DNA of 64,000 nucleotides from Minisyncoccota bacterium. Its GTDB lineage: Bacteria > Patescibacteriota > Minisyncoccia > Phycocordibacterales > UBA9973. Location of the stretch: assembly GCA_041664285.1 (NCBI GenBank), contig JBAYLA010000004.1, positions 3,171 to 67,170 of the forward strand. The letters run 5' to 3'. A model generated the notes under the pieces. The model did no database searches and had not been told where the DNA came from. It worked only from the letters and a program-made list of their open reading frames with translations. The position numbers were made by a program, and so were the translations under genes. Below, piece by piece: positions 17,996-28,796 of this stretch (its first letter is position 1; the number at the start of each line of letters is the position of its first letter).

Positions 17996-19240
17996 TTATT
18001 CATATCTCAAAGCCTCAATAGGGTCCATTTTGGCAGCTGAGCGAGCTGGAAAAACTCCGAAAAATATTCCGATCATCGCTGAAACTCCAAAACCGAGAAC
18101 AATTGCGTATATTGGTACAGAAAAAGTCCATGCCATATTCGCACTTTGGGCGATAAGATAAACTGCAAAACCTAAAAATGCTCCGAGTCCTATACCAATG
18201 ATTCCTCCAAAGATAGTAACTAAAATTGCTTCCGTCATAAATTCTTTCAAAATATCTGACTCCTTTGCTCCTAAGGCTTTTTTTAATCCGATTTCTGCTG
18301 TTCTTTCCGTCACTACCACATACATAATATTCATAATTCCTACGCCTCCCACCAAAAGAGAAATGGCAGCAATAGCAATAAGTAAATAAGTGATTCCATT
18401 AAAAATGGTATTAAAAATATCTAAAGCTTGTGCCTGTGTTTGAACAATAAAATCCTCTTTTGCTGAATCAGTGATGTGGTGATTGCTTCGTAAAATAATT
18501 TTTATTTGTTCGGCTGTGGCATCTGCTTCATTGATATCATTGAGGGCCACTACACCAACAGTGATATAGTCTACGCCAAGCATTTTCTTTTGAGCGGTGT
18601 TAAGTGGAAGAAAAACAGTTCCGTCAGTGTCAGAAAGCGCTCCTTGCGAAGTGTAAACACCGATCACTTGAAAATTCAAAGTGCCGAGCCGAAACAATTT
18701 TCCAACTGGATCATCTTGGCCAAAAAGATCTTTCGCTACCGTAGAACCCAAAATAGCTACTTGCGCTCCACCACTATCTTCAGCCTTGGTGAAAAATCTA
18801 CCGGAAGACAGAGTAGTTTTATCAATATCAAATCTTTCAGCTCCGGTTCCGTAATAAATTGCACTTTTCTTATTGTTTCGATAAACTGCCACTGCTTGGC
18901 CCGTAATAATGCCATAACTTCCGGCCACATTTTGTAATTTATTTATATCATTTAAATCACGCTGTTTAAAGCTACTGATAATCACTCCCACCAAAGCGCC
19001 TCCAGGACCATCGGAGATAGCATTGGCATTTTTAGTAGCTGAAGGAACATGCGTTTGCACAAATAAAGTATTACTTCCGAGAGTAGCGACTTCTGCATCT
19101 ATCAGAGAGCGAAAACCAGCACCGGCAGAGAGAACCAAAATAACCGTACCGATGCCGATAATAATACCAAGCATTGTTAAAAAAGTTCTACCTTTGTTGG
19201 CTCTCAGGGCTTTGATAGATTGTTTAAATGTTTTTATCAT
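17996..19240 (-). CDS. ABC transporter permease, FtsX/MacB-type
   Basis: N-terminal TM, a large periplasmic domain, then three C-terminal TMs carrying the FtsX-family motif region. A paralog is adjacent. Confidence 0.75.
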   Translation of the reverse strand: MIKTFKQSIKALRANKGRTFLTMLGIIIGIGTVILVLSAGAGFRSLIDAEVATLGSNTLFVQTHVPSATKNANAISDGPGGALVGVIISSFKQRDLNDINKLQNVAGSYGIITGQAVAVYRNNKKSAIYYGTGAERFDIDKTTLSSGRFFTKAEDSGGAQVAILGSTVAKDLFGQDDPVGKLFRLGTLNFQVIGVYTSQGALSDTDGTVFLPLNTAQKKMLGVDYITVGVVALNDINEADATAEQIKIILRSNHHITDSAKEDFIVQTQAQALDIFNTIFNGITYLLIAIAAISLLVGGVGIMNIMYVVVTERTAEIGLKKALGAKESDILKEFMTEAILVTIFGGIIGIGLGAFLGFAVYLIAQSANMAWTFSVPIYAIVLGFGVSAMIGIFFGVFPARSAAKMDPIEALRYE

Positions 19241-19242
19241 AA

Positions 19243-20514
19243 TTATTCATATCTTAAAGCATCAATTGGATTCAACCTAGAAGCTTTGAGTGAAGGATAG
19301 AGTCCAAAGATTACTCCAGTTAAAACAGAAACACCGACCGCCAACACGACAGAAGTAATTGAAATAACAAAATCCCAATCAAAACCTAAATACTTCATTA
19401 AGAGTGCCATCAAATACGAAATTATTATTCCAAAAATAATGCCGATTACTCCACCAATCAAGGTCAGAGTTCCAGCTTCAAGTAAAAATTGTCTCATAAT
19501 CATACTGTTTGTTGCACCAACCGCCTTACGCAATCCAATCTCGCGAGTTCTCTCTGCCACAGTAGCTAACATAATATTTAAAATTCCGATACCCCCGACA
19601 GCTAGAGCAATGGCAGCCATAGAGGTTAAAAATAAAGACAAGGCATTGGTAATAGTTTTTAAAATATCCACGGCAGCCGCTACATTTCTTATAGTAAAAT
19701 CAATATCATCGTCCGTCATAATATGGTGTCTTTGTTTTAATACAGTAGTTACATCATTAATAGTTTGATCAATATTTTCAGCTGAATCCACTTTTATACT
19801 TATCATTTGTAAATAATGAATACCTAAAAGCTGACTTTGGGCAATTGTAAGCGGTATAAAAATTTGATCATCTTGGTCTTGAAAAAAAGCACTGCCTCTT
19901 TTTTCTATCACTCCGACAATACGCAATGGTATACCGCCCGCATCCTGTTGTGAGCTACTTCTGACCTTAACAACCTGTCCAATAGGATCCACCCCCGTAC
20001 CAGAAAATAAAGCATCGGCTACCTTGGAACCCAAAACAACCACCTTACTTCCTCCTTTGTTGGCGGTCTCATCAATAAAGGTTCCAGAGCTCATAGTAAA
20101 ATTAACTACTTGTGCATACCCAAAATCAGTACCGATAAAATTTGTTTCAGTATTTTTATTTTGCCAAACCACTGTACCAACACCTCGAACCATAGCATTA
20201 ACTCCAACGGCATGAGGAACCTGGGAAGTAGAACGCAGGGCATCAGCATCGGGTTCAATTAAGCTAGTAACAACTACACCGTAAACTTGAGCAGGTGGAC
20301 CCTTGGGATCACTTTTCCCAGGTTGAACAGAAAGAAGATTAGAACCAAGTTTATTTACTTGACCAAGAACCAGAGATTGAGCTCCAGCACCAAGTGAAAT
20401 GATAATAATCACCCCTGCCACTCCAATCACGATTCCAAGCATAGTAAGAGCTGATCTTCCTTTCCTGGAAAGCAAGCTACGCACAGTCATTTTAATGGTT
20501 GAAAAAAAATTCAT
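19243..20514 (-). CDS. ABC transporter permease, FtsX/MacB-type (second copy)
   Basis: Same architecture as the 17996..19240 product. Ends in ...RLNPIDALRYE, parallel to ...KMDPIEALRYE in the paralog. Confidence 0.75.
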   Translation of the reverse strand: MNFFSTIKMTVRSLLSRKGRSALTMLGIVIGVAGVIIIISLGAGAQSLVLGQVNKLGSNLLSVQPGKSDPKGPPAQVYGVVVTSLIEPDADALRSTSQVPHAVGVNAMVRGVGTVVWQNKNTETNFIGTDFGYAQVVNFTMSSGTFIDETANKGGSKVVVLGSKVADALFSGTGVDPIGQVVKVRSSSQQDAGGIPLRIVGVIEKRGSAFFQDQDDQIFIPLTIAQSQLLGIHYLQMISIKVDSAENIDQTINDVTTVLKQRHHIMTDDDIDFTIRNVAAAVDILKTITNALSLFLTSMAAIALAVGGIGILNIMLATVAERTREIGLRKAVGATNSMIMRQFLLEAGTLTLIGGVIGIIFGIIISYLMALLMKYLGFDWDFVISITSVVLAVGVSVLTGVIFGLYPSLKASRLNPIDALRYE

Positions 20515-20588
20515 CCTAGTACTAAAATTTTAAATTGTAATTAATAGTAGTCATACTTTTTACTCAAAAATTTAGTACGGGACAGTTA

Positions 20589-21305
20589 CTACTTATTCAA
20601 AACTCCATCCGAAGTAGCTATCGTTCTTTTTAGAACTTTTTCATCTCCAACAATCATCCCGTCTTTAATATAAATTATTCTCTTCGCATGATTAGCAGTG
20701 TCCATCTCGTGAGTAACTAAAATAATTGTGTGACCTCGATCATTTAACCTTTGTAAAATCTCTAAGACAGCATTACCAGACTTAGAATCAAGGTTGCCAG
20801 TCGGCTCATCAGCAAAAATAACAGCCGGATCACAGACTAAAGCTCTCGCTATGGCCACACGCTGTTTCTCTCCTCCAGAAATTTGATTTGTAAAGAAATC
20901 AAGACGATGAGAGAGACCAACATCAGCCAGAGCTTTCTTAGCCAAATTATCATGATCTTTTTTATTACTATAAATAAGTGGGAGCTTAACATTGTCGAGA
21001 ACAGTAGTACGAGTTAAAAGGTTAAACGATTGAAAAACGAATCCAATACGTTCGTTTCGAAGTTTAGCCAAATAATCTTTGTCGAAATCTTTTGTATCTT
21101 GACCTTCAAATTCATAGATCCCAGAGCTTGCTTTATCTAAAAAACTTAAAATATGCATTAGGGTTGATTTACCAGAACCAGAAGGCCCCATAATAGCCAC
21201 AAATTCTCCTTGCTCCATACTAAAATCAATACCATGAAGGACATTAGTAATTACTCCTTCATTTTCATAATCTTTTTTTAAATTTTCTGTTTTGATTATT
21301 GGCAC
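20589..21305 (-). CDS. ABC transporter ATP-binding protein, MacB/LolD-like
   Basis: Walker [13 protein letters not shown] signature [15 protein letters not shown], Walker B ILVTHE region. Confidence 0.85.
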   Translation of the reverse strand: MPIIKTENLKKDYENEGVITNVLHGIDFSMEQGEFVAIMGPSGSGKSTLMHILSFLDKASSGIYEFEGQDTKDFDKDYLAKLRNERIGFVFQSFNLLTRTTVLDNVKLPLIYSNKKDHDNLAKKALADVGLSHRLDFFTNQISGGEKQRVAIARALVCDPAVIFADEPTGNLDSKSGNAVLEILQRLNDRGHTIILVTHEMDTANHAKRIIYIKDGMIVGDEKVLKRTIATSDGVLNK

Positions 21306-21313
21306 CGCAAAAT

Positions 21314-22762
21314 TTATTTCATATAAGTTACTATCTCCTCTCCTGCATTTAATCCAGAGATAATTTCTACTAGACCACCATCTGCCTCTAATCCAGTTTG
21401 TACTGCCATCTCACTGTAAGTTTTCTTTTTTGAGTCATTAATAACTCTTACAGAGTGTTGACCGTTTTTATTGAGAATAGAACTTGATGGAACAACTAGA
21501 ACATTTTTTTTCTCGGCTACTGTTATGGTCATATTCGCAGTCATCCCTGGTTTTACTTCTGGAATTTTTTCTAAACTGCCGGTAACTTTGTAATTAACTA
21601 CACCGGACACAACCGTCGAAGCAGGGTTTACGGTCAATACTTTAGTTGTAAAGTGTTTATCTGGACCAAGCGCATCAAAAGTATTATCAATTGATTGCCC
21701 CACTACAACCATTGCAATATCAGCTTCACTCACTAGGGCTTCAGTATGCAATTCTCCAACATTAAGTAACTTTATTATTTCTTGTGAAGCTTGAGCAAAT
21801 TCTCCAACTTTTATATCTACCTGAGTAATAGTGCCACTAGAAGGAGCAACGATCTTGGCATTCTGTATTTTTACCATTATGCTTTCTATGCTTGCTTCCG
21901 CTTGAGCTATTTGGGCATCAGCGATAGAAGAAGAATTATCTGTACTTTTTAAATTCGCTTCTGCGTCAGCAATCGCCTTAATACGTGTTTCGAGAGCAGA
22001 CTGATAAGCATTATAATTCGTCAAGTAATTCGCAGCCTTTTTATTTGGAATTTCAATTATCCAATCTTCTGTACCTATTTGAGCAGAAGTAGACTTGATA
22101 TATAAACCAGAATTACCGATTGGTTGAGCAGTAATACTATTCATCATTCCATAACCAGTAGTTAAGCCAGAGGCAGTAAAACTCATTCCACCAGCACTAT
22201 TGTAGAAATGTAAATTGATGATTCCTTCTTTGTCTAAAATGTAATTACCACTGATGGTTGGAGCTTGGTAATTTTGAGTATTGTCACTGGGAATTGCTTC
22301 GAGGGTGGAGTTGAGAAGGTTAGTGTATGCATTTTTTACTAAAAGATCTTGTTGAGTAGTAACATTCACAACATTGTTTTCTGAAGAAGATGCTTGTTGT
22401 TTAGCAATAGTTAGACTTGCTTGCGCGCTATGAAGTTGTGCTAAAAGATCTCTAGTGTCAAGTTCTACTAAGGTTTGACCCACAGAAACTACATCACCTT
22501 CTTTGACTAAAACTTTTTTTACCACACCACTTGACTGCAAACTCAAACTCAAATCAGTAGAACTAACAACTTGTCCAGTAGCAAGAACTGTTTTTTGGAT
22601 ATCTTGTTTTTGAACAGTACCAGTCTGAATGCCACTAATATCTGTTTTTGGTTTAAAGATAAGCCAACTAACAAGCAATAACAACAAGACAATCACCGTC
22701 CAGATAATTTTCTTTTTAGTAAAAAATGTCTTTATTCTCATTAAAATTGTGATAAACTGCAT
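21314..22762 (-). CDS. HlyD-family periplasmic adaptor (membrane fusion protein)
   Basis: N-terminal TM, biotin-lipoyl-like hairpin regions (VKEGDVVSVGQTLVELD), a long coiled coil and a C-terminal beta-barrel. First gene of the ABC export operon. Confidence 0.65.
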   Translation of the reverse strand: MQFITILMRIKTFFTKKKIIWTVIVLLLLLVSWLIFKPKTDISGIQTGTVQKQDIQKTVLATGQVVSSTDLSLSLQSSGVVKKVLVKEGDVVSVGQTLVELDTRDLLAQLHSAQASLTIAKQQASSSENNVVNVTTQQDLLVKNAYTNLLNSTLEAIPSDNTQNYQAPTISGNYILDKEGIINLHFYNSAGGMSFTASGLTTGYGMMNSITAQPIGNSGLYIKSTSAQIGTEDWIIEIPNKKAANYLTNYNAYQSALETRIKAIADAEANLKSTDNSSSIADAQIAQAEASIESIMVKIQNAKIVAPSSGTITQVDIKVGEFAQASQEIIKLLNVGELHTEALVSEADIAMVVVGQSIDNTFDALGPDKHFTTKVLTVNPASTVVSGVVNYKVTGSLEKIPEVKPGMTANMTITVAEKKNVLVVPSSSILNKNGQHSVRVINDSKKKTYSEMAVQTGLEADGGLVEIISGLNAGEEIVTYMK

Positions 22763-22796
22763 ATTTACTAGTTATACCACAAAGTTTAAAATTAAT

Positions 22797-23525
22797 CTAT
22801 TGTAGAGTTATCTCAATTTTTGCTTTTGCCCGCAGAGAAGCAATAAAATCAACCACTAAAACTTGTTGCTTATTGGAAATAATATTTTGTTTAATTTGAT
22901 TACTTATATCTTTTAAGGCTGGCACAACCGCTTTAGCGTTTTTAGCCTTTTGCTCTTTGCTGTAATCTGTATAAAGCTGGGCAATCTCAGCATCACTAAC
23001 AATTATTGATTTTGTATCGATATTTTGTAATAAGTATTGTTGAGCCGCAAGCTGCTTGGAGATATTGTCTCGTAATTGTGCTTCTGTTAACTTGTTTTTA
23101 ACAAGCTCAGCTTTAAGCGCATCTGCCCCACCTAATTGAGTTAATATGATTTGAAATTGTTTTTCTATTTCCTCTGCTGTAACTTTTATTCCAGAGGCTT
23201 CTACTCCTTGAGATATTAATTTATCAGCTATAAGATTATCTAAAACCTGTGTTTTAATTTGAGAAAGTTTAGTTACGTCTGTAACATCAACACCTTGTGT
23301 TTTGTATAAATCAAGACTATTTGCAAGCTGTGTCTCATAATCTGCTTTAGTGATGATATCTCCGTTTACGTTTGCAACACTGGCAACATTGTTATTTATA
23401 GGAATTTGTATTTTATTTTTTCCAAAAACAAAATAACCCACTATTGCCAAAATAACCAACACCAATACTATTATCGGAATAATTTTATTTTTAATATCTA
23501 GATTTTTTTCTATGTTTTCTTCCAT
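22797..23525 (-). CDS. SurA N-terminal-domain-like periplasmic chaperone-type protein
   Basis: N-terminal TM anchor, then helical SurA-N-like content (...TKADYETQLANSL..., ...LIADKLISQ...). No PPIase domain. Confidence 0.45.
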   Translation of the reverse strand: MEENIEKNLDIKNKIIPIIVLVLVILAIVGYFVFGKNKIQIPINNNVASVANVNGDIITKADYETQLANSLDLYKTQGVDVTDVTKLSQIKTQVLDNLIADKLISQGVEASGIKVTAEEIEKQFQIILTQLGGADALKAELVKNKLTEAQLRDNISKQLAAQQYLLQNIDTKSIIVSDAEIAQLYTDYSKEQKAKNAKAVVPALKDISNQIKQNIISNKQQVLVVDFIASLRAKAKIEITLQ

Positions 23526-23606
23526 ATATTTGTATGATTAATTTTATAATTTTTTAACTTAATTAGTTTACCATACACAAAAACACAAAGAAAGTTATTT
23601 GCCTTT

Positions 23607-23876
23607 TTGATTCTAATATGCAATAATCGCTTTATGAATCTAGTAGCAAAAATTCTGCCTTATGCGCAGATTATCCTTTCAGTAATACTAGTGTCAGCAA
23701 TCTTGTTGCAACAATCTGCTGCTGGGCTGGGAGGCGCTTTAGGTGGAGGAGACACGCAGTCTTTTCATCACACTCGCCGAGGCTTTGAAAAGTTTCTTTT
23801 TTATTTGTCCCTTGTTTGTGGAATTCTTTTTGCTTTATTTGCTTTACTTAGTATAATACTAAAAACAAATAGCTAA
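23607..23876 (+). CDS. secG: Preprotein translocase subunit SecG
   Basis: ILLQQSAAGLGGALGGG...second TM pattern matches SecG. The true start is probably the Met at 23636 (MNLVAKILPY...). Confidence 0.55.
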   Translation: MILICNNRFMNLVAKILPYAQIILSVILVSAILLQQSAAGLGGALGGGDTQSFHHTRRGFEKFLFYLSLVCGILFALFALLSIILKTNS

Positions 23877-23891
23877 TCTTTACTTTGTTTC

Positions 23892-25655
23892 ATGTCGTAT
23901 ATGGAAAATTTATATAGTCGTATTCGCAATTTTAAATTGCCTAAAAAAAAAGAAATCAATTCAATTTTTAATACTTTCTCAAAAAAAGAACGTACTGTTT
24001 TTGTTGTGCTATTGTCAACTCTCTTGATAAGTACAGTCTTAATACTAGAGAATATAAATAAATCTCTAATGATCAGTGTGCCACTCCATGGAGGTTCTAT
24101 CTCCGAAGGCATTATCGGTACTCCACGTTTTATAAATCCAATACTAGCAAATTCTCCCGTTGACCTTGATCTCGTTTCACTTATTTATTCAGGCCTAATG
24201 AGAAAAAATTCTGACGGTACCATGTTTCCAGACTTAGCAGAAAAATACGAAATATCTAAGGATGGTTTAACTTATACATTTACCTTAAAAGACAAAATAT
24301 ATTTTCAAGATGGAGAGCCTGTTACCGCAGATGATGTTATCTTTACTATAAATGAAATAAAAGATCCGATTATAAAAAGTCCACGAAAAGTAGATTGGGA
24401 TGGAGTAATTGCAACGAAAATAGACGACAAAACAATAGAATTTTCTTTAAAGAAACCTTATCCATCATTTTTGGAAAATTTAACACTTGGGATAATGCCT
24501 AAATACCTCTGGGATAATTCTTCCGTAGAACTAAACACTGCAAACACTTCTCCTATCGGTTCCGGACCTTATTTAATAAAAAACAACACCAAAGAATCAT
24601 CAGGAGTTATAAATTCTTACAAATTAGAATCATTCAAAAAATTTAGTTTAGGTGAGCCATATATTAATGAAGTAAATTTATATTTTTACTTAAACGAAAA
24701 TGACCTGATTCGTGCACTTGAAGATGGAGTGGTTAACCAAATAAGTTCTATCACTCCTCTAAACGCGGATATTTTAAAAGAAAGAAATTATCAAATGGAA
24801 TCTTACATTTTACCAAGAATCTTTGGTCTTTTCTTTAATCAAAATAAAAACCAGCTTTTTACTGACAAAGTAATCACCAAAGCCATTAACCAGGCAATAG
24901 ATAAAAATAAAATAGTGCAAGAAGTTCTCTTTGGTTATGGGGTCACCATTGATGGACCTATACCACCTAATATGATTGCTTACCAAAAATTATCTGAAGC
25001 AGTTAATCCTTCTCGCGAAGTTTTATTGCAAAATATACAAAATAGTTTGGCCAAAGACGGTTGGTCTAAAGGCCCAGATGGATTCTTGCAAAAAATTACC
25101 ACCAATAAAAACAAAAAGAAAACTACTGTAAACCTAGAATTCTCTATCTCTACAGGAAACGCCGAGGAGCTCACAAAAACAGCCGAAATAATTAAACAAA
25201 ATTTATCTGAAGTTGGGATAAAGGTTGATATAAAAACTTTCGAAATTGGTAATTTGAATCAAAGTGTAATTCGTCCACGTGAATATGATTCTCTGTTGTT
25301 CGGACAAATCGTTAATCGTGAATCTGATCTATTCGCTTTTTGGCATTCTTCCCAAAGAAAAGATCCTGGACTAAATGTCGCTATGTATACTAATGCAAAA
25401 GTGGATAAAATTTTAGAAGATGCAGCTGTAACAGTTAATGAACAGTCTAGAATTAACAAATATATACAATTTGAAGATGAGATAAAAAAAGATATGCCGG
25501 CAGTTTTCTTGTATAGTCCTGAATTTATTTATGTAATATCAAAAAATTTAAACGGTCTTTTTATTGATCATATCGTCTCCCCAGCAGATCGTTTTTCAAA
25601 TATCTATTCATGGTATATCGAAACAGAAAACGTTTGGAAAATATTTAATAAATAA
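23892..25655 (+). CDS. ABC transporter substrate-binding protein, family 5 (peptide/nickel type)
   Basis: 587 aa, N-terminal TM/signal anchor, SBP_bac_5-like domain order. Not adjacent to its permease genes. Confidence 0.65.
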   Translation: MSYMENLYSRIRNFKLPKKKEINSIFNTFSKKERTVFVVLLSTLLISTVLILENINKSLMISVPLHGGSISEGIIGTPRFINPILANSPVDLDLVSLIYSGLMRKNSDGTMFPDLAEKYEISKDGLTYTFTLKDKIYFQDGEPVTADDVIFTINEIKDPIIKSPRKVDWDGVIATKIDDKTIEFSLKKPYPSFLENLTLGIMPKYLWDNSSVELNTANTSPIGSGPYLIKNNTKESSGVINSYKLESFKKFSLGEPYINEVNLYFYLNENDLIRALEDGVVNQISSITPLNADILKERNYQMESYILPRIFGLFFNQNKNQLFTDKVITKAINQAIDKNKIVQEVLFGYGVTIDGPIPPNMIAYQKLSEAVNPSREVLLQNIQNSLAKDGWSKGPDGFLQKITTNKNKKKTTVNLEFSISTGNAEELTKTAEIIKQNLSEVGIKVDIKTFEIGNLNQSVIRPREYDSLLFGQIVNRESDLFAFWHSSQRKDPGLNVAMYTNAKVDKILEDAAVTVNEQSRINKYIQFEDEIKKDMPAVFLYSPEFIYVISKNLNGLFIDHIVSPADRFSNIYSWYIETENVWKIFNK

Positions 25656-25660
25656 TTATT

Positions 25661-27628
25661 ATGTTAAAAAAAACAAGACTCTCTTTTTCTTCTCTTAAAA
25701 TTGACGAAAAAGACAAAAAGGAAAATAAAATGCCTGCTCATAATGCACCACATGGTTATGCTAAAGGATCTGCCCGCCATTCGGCAGGCGGGGAATACAA
25801 GAAAAAAATAACTAAAAGTTCTACTTATCAATACACCCAAAAAAGATTTGGGAAAAATTCTCCTGCTCGCCCATTTGGAGGAAAAAACCAATATAAAATT
25901 TCAAGCGGTAAAATACCACCTCCGGAAAAAGGAGTAATTCGCATTATTCCACTCGGTGGAGTAGAAGAAATTGGTAAAAATATGACCGCCATAGAAATAG
26001 GTAATGATATTATCGTGGTAGACGCTGGAATGCATTTTTCAAACGAAGCAACTCCCGGAGTTGATTACGTTATTCCAAATACAACTTATCTAGAAGAACG
26101 CAAAGATAAAATACGTGCATTAATAATTACTCATGGACACCTAGACCATATCGGAGGTGTGCCACTAGTCCTTTCTCGCATAGGTAATCCTCCTGTATAT
26201 TCGAGGAATATTTCTATTCTTTTAATAAAAAAACGTCAAGATGAATTTCCTCACCTTCCGCCACTAAAAGCAATAACAATAGAAAAAGATGGAACAATAA
26301 TGTGTGGTGAAACTAAAGTTAGATTTTTTGGTGTTACTCACACTATTCCTGATGCGCTTGGTATTATTATTGAAACAAATAACGGCTGGATTGTAACTCC
26401 AGGAGACTACAAGCTTGATCAAATTGATGGAATTGTTTCCAAAGAAGAAGAAAAGGAATATTCTATCTTTGACAAAGCAAAGGTACTTCTCTTAATGACA
26501 GATTCTACTAATATTGAAAATGAAGGATTTTCATTGCCGGAGATAAAAGTACATCAGGGATTAGAGAATTTAATTAAGAAAATTCCGGGACGAATAATTA
26601 TTGCAGCTTTCTCTTCATCAATTACCCGTCTAGCTTTTATGGTTAAGACAGCAGAAGCAATAGGAAAAAAAGTGGCAATTGATGGACGCTCAATGAAAAC
26701 AAATATGGATGTGGCTATTGAAGCAGGATTCTTTGCTCCCAAAAAAGGCACTATTATACCATTAGAAGAAGCAAGTAATTATCCTCCAAATAAAATGGTA
26801 ATTCTTATGACTGGAGCACAAGGGGAAGAATTTGCTTCACTTAATCGAGCAGCAAATAAATCACACAAAAAATTCTCTCTTCAAAAAGGAGATACAATTA
26901 TTCTTTCCTCATCTATCGTTCCTGGCAATGAACTTCAGGTTCAGAAAATGAAAGATGGTTTATCTCGCCAAGGTGTAAAAGTTATCAGTTACAGAACAAC
27001 TGGAGAGGATTTTGTACATGCAACAGGACACGGCAACCAAGAAGACATTAAATGGCTTCATAAAAAAACACATCCAAAATTTTTTATACCAATTCATGGA
27101 CACCATTCTTTTCTTGTAAAACATAAAGAGTTAGCAATAGAATGGGGTATGTCTGAAGAAAATATTATTGTCCCAGACAATGGCTCAATCATTGAGATAT
27201 CAGCTGATGGTAGAAAAATGACCATGAGAAAAGAACAAGCCCCAAGTGGTGCCATGCTAGTAGATGGAACCTCTATCAGTGATACTCAAGATGTAGTTAT
27301 CCGAGATCGTCAAATGCTTTCACAAGATGGAATGTTTGTCGTTATTGCCCTCCTTGATCAAAAAACTGGAAAATTAAAAAAATCTCCAGATTTAATTTCA
27401 CGTGGTTTCGTTTATTTAAAAGAAAATCAAGAACTTTTGCGTCAAGTAAGAATAATTATTAAAAATGGAGTAGAAAACTTTACCACTAAAATGCCAACTT
27501 CTTCTCATGGTGAAAAGATGGTAGACCTTGATATGATCAAAGCAAATTTAGGAGAAAGTATTTCAAAATTCTTATATCAAAAAACAGCCAAAAGACCTTT
27601 AGTAATACCTGTCATCTTGAGCGTCTAA
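25661..27628 (+). CDS. rnj: Ribonuclease J, with a basic N-terminal extension of about 95 aa
   Basis: Metallo-beta-lactamase HxHxDH motif (ITHGHLDHIGG), beta-CASP and C-terminal domains. N-terminal K/G/R-rich extension. Confidence 0.85.
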   Translation: MLKKTRLSFSSLKIDEKDKKENKMPAHNAPHGYAKGSARHSAGGEYKKKITKSSTYQYTQKRFGKNSPARPFGGKNQYKISSGKIPPPEKGVIRIIPLGGVEEIGKNMTAIEIGNDIIVVDAGMHFSNEATPGVDYVIPNTTYLEERKDKIRALIITHGHLDHIGGVPLVLSRIGNPPVYSRNISILLIKKRQDEFPHLPPLKAITIEKDGTIMCGETKVRFFGVTHTIPDALGIIIETNNGWIVTPGDYKLDQIDGIVSKEEEKEYSIFDKAKVLLLMTDSTNIENEGFSLPEIKVHQGLENLIKKIPGRIIIAAFSSSITRLAFMVKTAEAIGKKVAIDGRSMKTNMDVAIEAGFFAPKKGTIIPLEEASNYPPNKMVILMTGAQGEEFASLNRAANKSHKKFSLQKGDTIILSSSIVPGNELQVQKMKDGLSRQGVKVISYRTTGEDFVHATGHGNQEDIKWLHKKTHPKFFIPIHGHHSFLVKHKELAIEWGMSEENIIVPDNGSIIEISADGRKMTMRKEQAPSGAMLVDGTSISDTQDVVIRDRQMLSQDGMFVVIALLDQKTGKLKKSPDLISRGFVYLKENQELLRQVRIIIKNGVENFTTKMPTSSHGEKMVDLDMIKANLGESISKFLYQKTAKRPLVIPVILSV

Positions 27629-27632
27629 AAAA

Positions 27633-28796
27633 ATGAATTTAAAATTCAAACATTCATTTAAGTTTCTATATTACATAAGTTTTATTTTTTCAATCCAATA
27701 CGCCTTAGTGGTGTATGTAAACTCTAGTTTTCTAGAAATTAAAATTGGAGAAAGTTTGATTGGTATCGTCTTCACTATTGCTTCTTTTTTAAGTATTTTT
27801 GCTCTACTCCAAATTACTCATTTGTTAAATCGCCTAGGAAATTACAAATCTTCCATATTAATAATATTAGCTAATGTTGCTTCCCTCTTTTTAATGGGCT
27901 TCGGAAAATCAATTTTTTTAATTATTTTAGGATTCATTCTTTATAACATCACTAATTATTCTTTAATGTTTTCAAGAGATGTTTTTATTGAAGATGTAGC
28001 TGACCATAAAGCTATGGGTAAAACTCGTGGATTATTCCTTACTATTAGCAACATTGCTTGGGTTTTTGCTCCAATTATTTCAGGATTTATTATTACACGA
28101 TTTTCCTATTCCGGAGTTTATATTCTAGCAGCCCTTGTTTCTCTATCCTCAATATTTTTAATTTTTTCTTCTTTTAATAAATTTAGGGATCCAAAATATA
28201 GTAAAATTTCTTTACTTGAAACTTTTAAAAAAATCCTTGGAGATAAAAATTTAAAAAAAATTTTTGCTTCCGAATTTCTTTTACGTTTTTTTTATTCTTG
28301 GATGATAATCTATACTCCTATTTATTTACGCGAATATTTAAATTTTAGCTGGAGTGAAATTGGAATAATTTTCACTATAATGCTTATTCCTTTTGTAATA
28401 TTAGATTACCCATTAGGAATTTTGTCAGATAAAATTGGTGAAAAGAAAATATTGACTTTGGGTTTTTCTGTAATGGTTATTGCAACAATTTTAATGTTTT
28501 TTATTACAACATCAAATATTTTTATCTGGGGAATAATTTTATTTGCCACTCGAGTTGGAGCAGCTACAGTAGAAGTGATGAACGAAAGTTATTTTTTTAA
28601 AAAAATTAATTCCAGTGACACTGAACTAATCAGCTTTTTCCGAAACGCTTTCCCTGCATCATTAGTCATTTCACCCATTTTAGCCACAATCTTACTTGGT
28701 TTTTTAAGTCACCAATATCTCTTTCTTATTTTAGGACTAATATTAACGATAGGAATATATTTAAGTCTAACCTTAAGAGAAATTATCCATTCTTAA
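27633..28796 (+). CDS. MFS transporter
   Basis: 387 aa, 12 predicted TM segments, MFS-like loop between TM2 and TM3. Confidence 0.55.
   Translation: MNLKFKHSFKFLYYISFIFSIQYALVVYVNSSFLEIKIGESLIGIVFTIASFLSIFALLQITHLLNRLGNYKSSILIILANVASLFLMGFGKSIFLIILGFILYNITNYSLMFSRDVFIEDVADHKAMGKTRGLFLTISNIAWVFAPIISGFIITRFSYSGVYILAALVSLSSIFLIFSSFNKFRDPKYSKISLLETFKKILGDKNLKKIFASEFLLRFFYSWMIIYTPIYLREYLNFSWSEIGIIFTIMLIPFVILDYPLGILSDKIGEKKILTLGFSVMVIATILMFFITTSNIFIWGIILFATRVGAATVEVMNESYFFKKINSSDTELISFFRNAFPASLVISPILATILLGFLSHQYLFLILGLILTIGIYLSLTLREIIHS

Noticed and set aside
20518-20578. Inverted repeat gtactaaaatttt ... aaaatttagtac between the ABC ATPase and permease genes
   Set aside because: The arms are imperfect (one-base length difference), AT-rich and short relative to local composition. 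Noted in a finding but not called as a feature.
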